Source of the DNA: Polyangiales bacterium
GTDB taxonomy: Bacteria > Myxococcota_A > Polyangia > Polyangiales > JADJQN01
Direction: 5' to 3'
Assembly: GCA_964202905.1 (NCBI GenBank)
Contig: CAXNJO010000003.1
Span: forward strand, 320,001-384,000
Length of the DNA: 64,000 nt
The position numbers and the translations under genes were made by a program. This document shows positions 34,274-42,598 of the stretch, piece after piece. The notes beneath the pieces are model-generated. The model searched no databases. It was not told the DNA's origin and saw only the letters and a list, made by a program, of their open reading frames with translations. The stretch's first letter is position 1, and every line of letters begins with the position of its first letter.

Positions 34274-35421
34274 CCGTCACCTGGACGTTCCCGACACGCA
34301 TCCTCTTCGGCGAAGGCGCCGTGGAGGAGCTCGGCCGCGAGGCGACGCACCTCGGCGCGCGACACGCGCTCATCGTCACCGAGCCGGGCGTCGCCGCCGC
34401 GGGCATCGCGTCGCTCGTCGGCCGCGCGCTCGACCTCGCCGGCGTCGCGTTCACGGTCTTCGAGGGCGTGGGCACGCGCCCCACCGCCGCGCAGGTCGAC
34501 CGCGCGAGCGAGGCCTACCGCGGCGCGCACGCGGACCTCGTCGTCGCCGTCGGCGGCGGCGCGGCGATCGACGTCGCGAAGCTCCTGCGCGTCCGCGTGA
34601 CGCTGGACGTCTCACTGGTCGATCTCGACGGGGACGGCGCCGCGCGCATCACCACGCCGCTGCCCCCGCTGTTCGCCGTCCCGACGACGGCCGGCAGCGG
34701 CGCGGAGGTGAGCGCACGCGCGCGCGTCGCGACCGGGCACGAGGCCCCGCACCGGCACGTCGTCGTGACCGCCCCCGCGCTCCTGCCGATGCTCGCCATC
34801 CTCGATCCGCGGCTCACGCTCGCGCTGACCCCGGAGCTCACCGCGGCGACGGGCTTCGAGGCTTTGACGCAGTGCGTCGAAGCGGCGTGCTCCCCCGCGT
34901 TGCATCCGATGGCCGATGCCATCGCGCTCGAGGGCATCGCGCTCATCGCGCAGCACCTCGAGCGCGCCGTGCGTGAGCCCCGCGATCTCGTGGCGCGCGC
35001 GGCGATGCTGCAGGCGTCGATGATGGGCGGCGTCGCGGCGCAGAAGGGGCACGGCGCCGCGCATGCGCTCGCGCACTCCGTCGCGGGCGAGCACGACCTG
35101 CACGCCGGCGTCGCGGCAGCGCTGTGTCTGCCGGCGGTGCTCGACTTCAACCGCAGCGCCGCGTTGCTTCAGGTCGCGCACGTCGGCCGCATCCTCGGCG
35201 CACGCGGCGACGACCTCGAGACGCTCGCCTTCGAGGCGTCGGGCGCCGTGCGGGCCCTGCGCAAGCGCGTGCACCTCGTCGGCGGGCTCGCCGAGGCGGG
35301 CATCGACGAGGACGCGCTGCCCGGCCTCGCGGCGCTCGCGGCCGCCGACCGGGCGCACCTCGGCAACCCGCGCCCCTGCGACGGCGACGACATGCTCGCG
35401 CTGCTGCGCGCGTCGGTCTAG
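34270..35421 (+). CDS. Iron-containing alcohol dehydrogenase family protein
   Basis: FPTRILFGEG, AVGGGAAIDVAK, VPTTAGSGAEVS, AILDP.LT, HALAH, NPR. Confidence 0.88.
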   Translation: MTVTWTFPTRILFGEGAVEELGREATHLGARHALIVTEPGVAAAGIASLVGRALDLAGVAFTVFEGVGTRPTAAQVDRASEAYRGAHADLVVAVGGGAAIDVAKLLRVRVTLDVSLVDLDGDGAARITTPLPPLFAVPTTAGSGAEVSARARVATGHEAPHRHVVVTAPALLPMLAILDPRLTLALTPELTAATGFEALTQCVEAACSPALHPMADAIALEGIALIAQHLERAVREPRDLVARAAMLQASMMGGVAAQKGHGAAHALAHSVAGEHDLHAGVAAALCLPAVLDFNRSAALLQVAHVGRILGARGDDLETLAFEASGAVRALRKRVHLVGGLAEAGIDEDALPGLAALAAADRAHLGNPRPCDGDDMLALLRASV

Positions 35422-35436
35422 ACGCGCGGCGCCGGT

Positions 35437-36504
35437 TCAGCTGGCGGTGGCGTCGTCGATCGTGCGCACGGGACGCCCCTCGGGCGGCGGCGCGAGGCGG
35501 CCCGCCTCGTACGCGTCGAGGATCGCGAGGCAGCCCTCGAGGCTGTCGCAGAAGAGCAGGTGCCGGCGCAGCGCGCCTGCGCCAGGCAGGCCGCTGAGAT
35601 AGCCCGAGAGGTAGCGGCGCGTCGCGCGGACGCCGTGCACCTCACCGCGCTCGGCGGCCGCAGCGCGCAGATGTTCGCGGCAGAGGCCGAGGCGCTCTTC
35701 GGGCGTCGGTGGCGCGATCTCCGTGCCCGTGTCGAGCAGCGCGCGCACCTCGCGGAAGATCCACGGATGGTCGATGGCGCGGCGCCCGACCATCACGCCG
35801 GCGCAGCCCGTCTCGCGGAGCGCGCGCTCGGCCAGCGGGGCGCTGTTCACGTCGCCGTTCACGATGACCGGCATCGACACGCCTTCGCGGGCGCGCGCGG
35901 CCCAGCTCCAGTCGGCCGCGCCCGAGTGGCCCATGTCGGCCGTGCGGCAGTGGATGGTCAGCGCGCGCACGCCGACGTCCTCGAGCCGCCGCGCGAGGTC
36001 GAGGATCGGCATGTGCGACTCGGGGCCCCAGCCGACCCGCGTCTTCACCGTCACCGGCAGCGACACCGCGCGCACGACCTCGGCGGCCATCGCGACCATC
36101 GCGTCCGGGTCACGGAGCCAGCCGGCGCCCGCGCCGCGTCGCGCGATCTTGGGCACCCAGCAGCCGCAGTTGATGTCGACGTACGAGGGCCCGGACTCCT
36201 CCGCGACGCGCGCCGCCTCGACGAGCCGCTCCGGATCGGCGCCGTAGATCTGGATGGCCGTCGGCTGATCGTCGGGCGCGAGATCGATCTTCTTCGCGGC
36301 CTTGCGGCAGCCGCGCAGGAGGCCCTCGACGTTGACGAACTCCGTCACGCAGAGGTGCGCGCCGCGCGCGCGGCAGAGCGCGCGGAAGACGTGGTCGGTC
36401 ACGTCCTCCATCGGCGCGAGGATCACGGGGCGCGACGTGAAGAGGGCGCGGAAGCGCGCCTCGGGCGTGTCGAGGGCGGGTGCGGCGGTGGCGGGCGAGC
36501 TCAT
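35437..36504 (-). CDS. dusB: tRNA-dihydrouridine synthase (DusB family)
   Basis: LAPMEDVTD, IQIYG, DINCGC, TVKTR, TIHCRT, VNGDV, VMVGR. Confidence 0.9.
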   Translation of the reverse strand: MSSPATAAPALDTPEARFRALFTSRPVILAPMEDVTDHVFRALCRARGAHLCVTEFVNVEGLLRGCRKAAKKIDLAPDDQPTAIQIYGADPERLVEAARVAEESGPSYVDINCGCWVPKIARRGAGAGWLRDPDAMVAMAAEVVRAVSLPVTVKTRVGWGPESHMPILDLARRLEDVGVRALTIHCRTADMGHSGAADWSWAARAREGVSMPVIVNGDVNSAPLAERALRETGCAGVMVGRRAIDHPWIFREVRALLDTGTEIAPPTPEERLGLCREHLRAAAAERGEVHGVRATRRYLSGYLSGLPGAGALRRHLLFCDSLEGCLAILDAYEAGRLAPPPEGRPVRTIDDATAS

Positions 36505-36618
36505 GGCGTGGGTCGTCGACGCGCGGCGTGGCCGCACGCGAGCAGCGGGTTCTGACGCGGAACCCGCGCAGCGTAAAGGCGACGCGCGCGGCCCGGCGCC
36601 CGCGCGGAGTCGCGGTGG

Positions 36619-36688
36619 GGGGAAGCGGCGGGGCGGAAGCAGTGGGGCGGAAGCGGTGACGCGGAAGCAGTGGAGCGGAAGCGGCGCA
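36619..36688 (+). repeat. Intergenic 14-bp tandem repeat, 5 copies (GCGGAAGCRGYGNN)
   Basis: Units: ggggaagcggcggg / gcggaagcagtggg / gcggaagcggtgac / gcggaagcagtgga / gcggaagcggcgca. Confidence 0.75.
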
Positions 36689-36709
36689 GCGGATCGGCGC
36701 CGGCCCCGG

Positions 36710-37483
36710 CTACGCGGGCGATCGCGGCGGCGCGGCGAGGGCGCGCACGAGGGGGAGCGCGAGGCCGCAGGCGTCGGCGTGCGCGATCGTCCGCGCGAGG
36801 CGGGCGGGGGCGCTGCGACCCGCGCATGCGTGGCGCGGGTCGGCGGCGCAGGCGCGGTCGAACACGGCGCGCGCGGCCGCGTGATCGACCGGGCGCGGCG
36901 CGAACAGCGCGGACTCGAGCGCGAGCAGCTCGCCCGCGAGCGCGTCCACGAGCGCGCCGTGCTCCGAGCGCAGCGTGCCGACGTCTCCGCCGACGCGCAG
37001 GCCCGCGAGGTTCATCGCGAGGATGTAGAGGTTCTTCGCGGCGAGCGCGGCGCACGCCTCGTCGGGGGTGACCTGCGCGACGGCGAGGCCGAGGGACGCG
37101 AGCGACGCGGCGAGCAGCGGCGCACCCGGCCCGGCGACCTGCGTCGGCAGAAGCACGCGGGCCTCGCCGCCGCGCTTCTTCTCGAACCAGACGATCGCGA
37201 GCGTCGGCGCGTCGAGGCCGTGCCGCGCCCAGTCACGCGGCCGGAGCTCGTTCTGCAGCAGCGCGACGCGCGCGCGCCACGGCGCCGGCAGGCGCGCGAG
37301 CGCTCCGTCGAGGTCCGCCTCACCGACCGCGACGAGCACGAGCGCCGGCGCAGGCAGACGCGCCGCGAGCGCGGCGACGTCGGTGTCGCGCAGCACCGGG
37401 ACCACCGTGTGTCCCGTGCGCAGCAGCCCGCGCGCGAAGACGGCGCCGAGCTCGCCCATCCCCCACACGACGACCTCGCTCAC
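36710..37483 (-). CDS. Rossmann-fold protein, ketopantoate-reductase-like
   Basis: VVVWGMGELG dinucleotide-binding motif, LVAVGE, LLQNEL, KNLYIL..N. Confidence 0.65.
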   Translation of the reverse strand: MSEVVVWGMGELGAVFARGLLRTGHTVVPVLRDTDVAALAARLPAPALVLVAVGEADLDGALARLPAPWRARVALLQNELRPRDWARHGLDAPTLAIVWFEKKRGGEARVLLPTQVAGPGAPLLAASLASLGLAVAQVTPDEACAALAAKNLYILAMNLAGLRVGGDVGTLRSEHGALVDALAGELLALESALFAPRPVDHAAARAVFDRACAADPRHACAGRSAPARLARTIAHADACGLALPLVRALAAPPRSPA

Positions 37484-38667
37484 GGGGCGCCCCCCGACGC
37501 GCCCGGTCCCGCGGCGCGCGCGGCAGCGAGCACGGCGAGGAGCGCGTCACCATCACGCACGATGCGCATCGCGCCGAGCCCGCGCACCGCGTGCAGCGCG
37601 CCGAGGTCCGCGGCGTCGCGCTCGGCGAGATCGGCGAGGCAATGGCCGGGCAACACGGCCTGCGCGTCGACGTCGCGCGCCGCCGCGAGCTCCCGGCGCC
37701 AGGCCTGCAGCGCCTTCTCACGGGTTCGCTGCGCGGCGCGCTCGGCCGCCGGCATGGGCTCACCGCGCGCGGGCCGCAGCTCCTCGGGGGGCACGTCCCC
37801 GGCGGCCTCGCCACGGCGCACCGCCTGGAGGAGCCGCTCGGCGAGCGGTGCGCTCCGCACGACGAAGTCCCCGCCCGCGGCGCGCAGATCCTGGCGCGTC
37901 CGCGGACGCCGCCGCGCGACGGCGAGGAGCACCTCGTTGCCGAGCACCTTGAAGGCGGGCACGTCGCGCCGCTCGGCCTCCTCTTCGCGCACGAGGCAGA
38001 GCTCGCGCAGCGCCGCGCGGGCGAGCGCGGGGAGCTCGACGCCGCCCTTCACGCGCGTCCAGGGCGGCGGCGCGGGCGGCGGCTCGTCCGCGGCGCGCGT
38101 GAGCACGTAGCGGCACTCCTCCTCGATCTCGGCGACGATGCCGCGCGTCTCGGCCGCAGCGAGCAGGCGCTCCGCGAGCGCGTGCAGGTGCAGGACATCG
38201 CCCGCGAGGTAGCGCACCGCGCCCTCGTCGAGGGGTCGCACGCCCCAGTCCGCGCGCTGCCGATCCTTGGGGAGCGCGACGCCGAAGTGCTTCTCGACGA
38301 GCGCAGCGAGGCCCTGCGCGGGCTCGCCGAGAAAGCGCGCGCACACGGAGGTGTCGAGGACGTTGCCGAGGGGCAGGCCGCGCTCGCGCAGCAGGCGCGC
38401 GTCGAAGGCCGCGTCGTGCAGCAGCTTGCACGGGCCGCGCTCGGAGAGGGCCGGCGCGAGGACGCGGAGGTCGTCGAGCACGAGCGTGTCGACGATGGCG
38501 AGCGCGTCGGGCGTCGCGACCTGCATCGTGCAGAGGCGCGTGCGGTAGCGGTAGAGGCCGTCGCCCTCGACGTCGAGCGCGATGCGCTCCGCGCGGGCGA
38601 GCGTCTCCGCCAGCCACGCCAGCCCGGATGGCGTGTCCACCAACCGCGGCGCCAGGGGTCCCTCCAC
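37480..38667 (-). CDS. rnd: Ribonuclease D (DEDDy exonuclease + HRDC domains)
   Basis: ALDVEGD, LHDAAFD, DTSV.ARFLG, ADWGVRPL, YLAGD, REEEAERRDVPAFKVL. GTG at 38667. Confidence 0.88.
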   Translation of the reverse strand: MEGPLAPRLVDTPSGLAWLAETLARAERIALDVEGDGLYRYRTRLCTMQVATPDALAIVDTLVLDDLRVLAPALSERGPCKLLHDAAFDARLLRERGLPLGNVLDTSVCARFLGEPAQGLAALVEKHFGVALPKDRQRADWGVRPLDEGAVRYLAGDVLHLHALAERLLAAAETRGIVAEIEEECRYVLTRAADEPPPAPPPWTRVKGGVELPALARAALRELCLVREEEAERRDVPAFKVLGNEVLLAVARRRPRTRQDLRAAGGDFVVRSAPLAERLLQAVRRGEAAGDVPPEELRPARGEPMPAAERAAQRTREKALQAWRRELAAARDVDAQAVLPGHCLADLAERDAADLGALHAVRGLGAMRIVRDGDALLAVLAAARAAGPGASGGAP

Positions 38668-38736
38668 ACCGCGCACTCTACACAGCTTCGCGCGCGGCGC
38701 GTGCCCTCGCCGCGCATCCGCGATAGCTTCCGCGCG

Positions 38737-39342
38737 ATGCCGGCCGGCGCGCGTTTCGGGGGAGGGGATGCGCCGGGCCGTCGCGGGCGCGGCGATGGCA
38801 CGGGCGGTCGGCCGCGCCGCGTGATCCCGCCGGGCGCGACGATCATCGGCAAGGGCAAGCCGCGTGGCGGCGAGCCGGCGGCGCTCGCGGGGCTCGTCTC
38901 GCGCGCCTATCCGAGCGCCGAGCCCGACGACATCGCGGCCCTGCGGGCATTCACGTGGTGGGCCCGCGCGGTGCCGCCGCGCGTCGCGAAGAATGCGCGG
39001 CCCGTGCGCGTGCACGGCGGCGTCCTCACCGTGCACGCGGCGACGAGCGCGTGGGTGAGCGACCTCAGCTTCCTGCGCGAGCAGATCCTCACCGCGATCC
39101 AGCGCTTCGCCCCCGCCGCGCGCATCCGCGACCTCCGCGTGAAGGTCGGGCCGCTGCCGCCCATCCCGCCTCCGCCCGAGCGCCGCAGCGACTCGTCGCC
39201 GCCCCCGGCCCCGCGCGACATCGCGCTGCCCGCGGACATCGCAGGCGCGCTCGCGCAGGTCGGCGACGACCGCCTCCGCGAGGTGCTCGCCGACGCGGCC
39301 CGCGCGACCCTCGCGCCCGCCGTGCCACGCCGGCGCCGATAG
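38737..39342 (+). CDS. dciA: DUF721/DciA family protein
   Basis: W..AVPPRVAKNARPVRVHGGVLTVHAATSAWVSDLSFLREQIL. Start is 38737 or GTG 38821. Confidence 0.8.
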   Translation: MPAGARFGGGDAPGRRGRGDGTGGRPRRVIPPGATIIGKGKPRGGEPAALAGLVSRAYPSAEPDDIAALRAFTWWARAVPPRVAKNARPVRVHGGVLTVHAATSAWVSDLSFLREQILTAIQRFAPAARIRDLRVKVGPLPPIPPPPERRSDSSPPPAPRDIALPADIAGALAQVGDDRLREVLADAARATLAPAVPRRRR

Positions 39343-39433
39343 CCCTGAGCCCCGTCGACCGCACGCGCGCGGCACCCGCTCGCGCATCGACGCGCCTTGC
39401 CCGCCGCGTCCGGCCGGGCCAGAGCAAGCCGCG

Positions 39434-40063
39434 ATGACGTCCATCCAGGTGACGGGCATCCGCACCGTGGCGGACGCGGAGCGCGCGATCGCGATCGGCG
39501 CCGCGGCCCTCGCGCTGCGCCTCGGCGCGGGCCTGCCGGGGGCCATCGACACCGCGACCGCGCGCGCGATCGTCGACGCGGTCGGCGCCCGTGCGCTCGT
39601 CGTGGGCGTCTTCGTGGACACACCCCTCGCGGCGGTCCGCGCGGCGAAGGACGCGGCGCGACTCGGCTGCGTGGAGCTCGCCGGCGACGAGCCGCCCGAG
39701 CTCCTCGCGCCGCTCCTGCCGCACGCCTACAAGGTGCTCCGCGCGCGCGACGCCGGGCTCGTCGAGGCGGCGCGTCGCTACGGCGGTCGCTACATGCGGC
39801 TCGAGCTCGGAGGCGCCGCCGACCCGGACGCGCTGCAGGGCGCGCTCCAGCGGGCTGCGCACCTCGCGCGGGCGCGCCGCGTCACGCTCGCGGGCGGGCT
39901 CGGGCCGGACGACGTCGGCGCCGCGATCGCGCGCGTCGCCCCATTTTGCGTGGACTTCGGGGTCCCTCCCGACGCAGACGGGCTCGACGCCGCGCGGCTC
40001 GCTGCGTTCGTCGCGGCGGTGCGGGCCGCGGACGCGCAGATCGTCAGCGCGCGGCCCGGCTGA
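39434..40063 (+). CDS. trpF: Phosphoribosylanthranilate isomerase-like TIM barrel (degenerate)
   Basis: VGVFVD, VELAGDEPP, YKVLR, LAGGLGPDDV, PFCVD. The canonical KICG and LLD motifs are altered. Confidence 0.7.
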   Translation: MTSIQVTGIRTVADAERAIAIGAAALALRLGAGLPGAIDTATARAIVDAVGARALVVGVFVDTPLAAVRAAKDAARLGCVELAGDEPPELLAPLLPHAYKVLRARDAGLVEAARRYGGRYMRLELGGAADPDALQGALQRAAHLARARRVTLAGGLGPDDVGAAIARVAPFCVDFGVPPDADGLDAARLAAFVAAVRAADAQIVSARPG

Positions 40064-40180
40064 TCGGCGGAGGACGCGGTGACGGCGCCCGGCGCCGTGT
40101 GCGTCAGGCGTCAGGCGCCGTGCATGCGGTGTCAGGCCCGCCTGGCGGCGCAGCGCGCGCCGTGCGCGGGCGCCGTGCCG

Positions 40181-40558
40181 TCAGCGGACGCCGAGCAGCG
40201 CGCGGACCGTCGCGACGACCTCGGGCGCCTGCACGGGCTTGGTGAGGTAGGCGTTCGCGCCGAGCGCGAGCGCACGCTGCCGGTCTTCGCTCGCGCCCTC
40301 CGTGGTGACGACGACGATCGGGACGTCCTTGTGCAACGGGTCCGCGCGCATGCGCCGGATCAGCTTGAGACCATCCATGATGGGCATGTTGATGTCGGTG
40401 ATCACGAGGTCGAAGCGCCGCCCGGCGAGCGCGCGCAGGGCGTGCACGCCGTCGTCGGCCTCGCTCACCTCGAGCCCCTTGATCCGCGCGAGCGCGAAGA
40501 CGAGGAGCTGCCGCATCATCGGCGAGTCTTCGACGATCAGGCAGTGTTGAGGGGTCAT
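40181..40558 (-). CDS. cheY: Single-domain response regulator (CheY-like)
   Basis: LIVEDS, ITDINMPIMDG, VTTE, YLTKP. Confidence 0.9.
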   Translation of the reverse strand: MTPQHCLIVEDSPMMRQLLVFALARIKGLEVSEADDGVHALRALAGRRFDLVITDINMPIMDGLKLIRRMRADPLHKDVPIVVVTTEGASEDRQRALALGANAYLTKPVQAPEVVATVRALLGVR

Positions 40559-40590
40559 CGGGGCCTCTCGCCGGAGGGGTGGATCGGCAC

Positions 40591-41241
40591 TCACGCGCAG
40601 AGTTGTTCGCGCAACGCCGCGAGCGCGGCCGCAGGTCCGGGCGCCCGCGCGTGCAGCGCCGCCGCGAGGAGCGCGGGCCCGGCCTGCGCGGCGAGGAGCC
40701 GGAAGAGCGCGTCGTCGATCTCGGCCCACCCGCGCTTCTGCGGCAAGAGCGCGACGACGGTGAGGACGCCGACGACCTGGCCGTCCGCGCGGAGCGGGAC
40801 GACCGCGAGCGGCGCGTCCACCGAGCCACGCGAGGGGGGCCCACCGAGCGGCTCGACCGAGGGCACGCCCGCGACGAAGGCCGCCCCGACCACGCCCTCC
40901 CCGACGGCCACCGGCGCGAGGCCCGCTTCGGGCACGCCGTCCGACGCGATCGGGTGCAGCAGCTGCTGCGCCGCGTCGACGACGTAGACGACATACGCCT
41001 CGGCGCCGACGAGCTGCGCGAGCACCTCGCGCACGTGGTCGAGCACGCGCGGCGGCGACAGCGACGCGTGGAGCCGGGAGCCCGCCGCGTGCAGCGTGGC
41101 GAGGTCGCCGACCTCCCGCTCGAGCGCGGCGTTCTGCGCGCGCTCGTCGCGGAGCGCGGCCTCGAGCGCGGCCACGCGCGCCGGCGCCGGGGCGTCGTCC
41201 GCGCCACCCGCGGGATCCCCGCTCGCCCCTTCGCCGCCCAT
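40591..41241 (-). CDS. Coiled-coil + GAF domain protein
   Basis: Heptad stretch, then LHASL, VGEGVVG, PLAVVPL..DGQVVGVL, LLPQK, LFRLLA. ATG 41241 chosen (GTG 41298 possible). Confidence 0.8.
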   Translation of the reverse strand: MGGEGASGDPAGGADDAPAPARVAALEAALRDERAQNAALEREVGDLATLHAAGSRLHASLSPPRVLDHVREVLAQLVGAEAYVVYVVDAAQQLLHPIASDGVPEAGLAPVAVGEGVVGAAFVAGVPSVEPLGGPPSRGSVDAPLAVVPLRADGQVVGVLTVVALLPQKRGWAEIDDALFRLLAAQAGPALLAAALHARAPGPAAALAALREQLCA

Positions 41242-41439
41242 GCTCGCCCGCCGCTCCACCGTGCGGCGACCGTACACCAGCCGAGGCGCCGCGGTCACGT
41301 CCGCGCGCGTTGCCCCGCACGCACGCGTCGAGGCGAAAGGTGGCCCCCCGTCGACGCGTCGCCATCGACCTCGCCGCGCGCGCGAGGCCGCACCGCGCTC
41401 CCCCCTCGACGCCCGCCGACGCGCACCGCGCGGCCGCGC

Positions 41440-41967
41440 TCAGGGCAGATAGCGCCGTATCACCATGTTTTCGCTGATTTTTTCAGCGACTCCCGTGGCC
41501 GGATCATCCCCCGCGAGCGCGACGCCGCCCATGAGACGCGCGGCGTCGAGCACGAAGACGAGCGCGCCCTCGTGCGCGTAGACCGCGCTCACACCGCGCG
41601 ACGCGTCCCCGAGCGAGGGCACCTCGCGGCGCGCATCGGGGGCGAGGCCGAAGACGTCGGTGACGGAGTCGACGACGAGCCCCACCGACCGCGTCCCCAC
41701 ACGGAGCACGAGCCACTTCGTCCGGCGGGTCGCCGCGAGGGGCGGGAGCCCGAAGCGGCTGCGCAGGTCGAGCACGGGCACGACCTCGCCGCGGTGATCG
41801 GCGACGCCGACGACGCCGGGCGGCGCGTGCGGCAGCGCGATCACCGGCTGCGGATTCACGATCTCGCGGACGCAGCCGATCTCGACCGCGTAGCGCGCGC
41901 CCCCGACGACGAAACCGACGAGGCTCTTCGTGCGCTCCGAGCGGCTGCGCGACGACGTGGAAGGCAT
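41440..41967 (-). CDS. cheW: CheW adaptor
   Basis: VREIV, LPHAPPGVVGVADHRGEVVPVLDLRSRFG, GLVVDSVTDV. Confidence 0.9.
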   Translation of the reverse strand: MPSTSSRSRSERTKSLVGFVVGGARYAVEIGCVREIVNPQPVIALPHAPPGVVGVADHRGEVVPVLDLRSRFGLPPLAATRRTKWLVLRVGTRSVGLVVDSVTDVFGLAPDARREVPSLGDASRGVSAVYAHEGALVFVLDAARLMGGVALAGDDPATGVAEKISENMVIRRYLP

Positions 41968-41971
41968 GCGC

Positions 41972-42598
41972 TCATCTCCTCAAGAGCGGGCCGGGATCGA
42001 GGAGGATCAGCACCTCGACGGCCGCAGCGGGGGGCGCCGACGCGTGCACGGCGCGCGCCTCCAGCGAGCGCGGGGGCCGCGCCGTGGCACGGGCCGGTGC
42101 AGGCCGCCCGATGCCGAACACCGCGTCGCCGGGCTCACCGGGACGCCCCGCGCCGACCTCGATCTCCTCCTCGCGGAGGCGGTACACCTGCAGCACCTCG
42201 TCGACGAGCAGGCCGAGCACCTCCGCCCCGCCGTCGACCATGAGCACCCGCGCGTGACGCGTCGGCGCGCCCGCCGGCAGGCGCAGCCGCCGACGCAGGT
42301 CGAGCACCGTCGTCACGCGACCGCGCACCGACACGACGCCCAGCACGTCCTGCGGCGCGCGCGGGACCTCGGTCAACGGCCCGAGGCGCCCGATCTCGCG
42401 CACGCTCGCGAGCGGCAGCGCGTAGGCCTCCGCCCCGAGCCGGAAGGCGAGCAGCTCGCGCACGCCCTGCGCCCCGGCGCGCGGCCGCGCCACCCGCTCG
42501 CGCGCCGTCGATCCCGGCAGGGCGGGCGGCCCCGCGATCGCGCGCCCCTCGGCAGCAGCCGACGCAGCGGGTCGGCGGGCCGGAAGCCCGTCACTCAC
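41972..42598 (-). CDS. cheW: CheW adaptor
   Basis: LAFRLGAEAYAL, TEVPRAP..VLGVVSVRG.VTTVLDLR, GLLVDEV. Confidence 0.88.
   Translation of the reverse strand: MSDGLPARRPAASAAAEGRAIAGPPALPGSTARERVARPRAGAQGVRELLAFRLGAEAYALPLASVREIGRLGPLTEVPRAPQDVLGVVSVRGRVTTVLDLRRRLRLPAGAPTRHARVLMVDGGAEVLGLLVDEVLQVYRLREEEIEVGAGRPGEPGDAVFGIGRPAPARATARPPRSLEARAVHASAPPAAAVEVLILLDPGPLLRR

Noticed and set aside
36619..36688. CRISPR array
   Set aside because: 14-bp period with no spacers and no cas genes.
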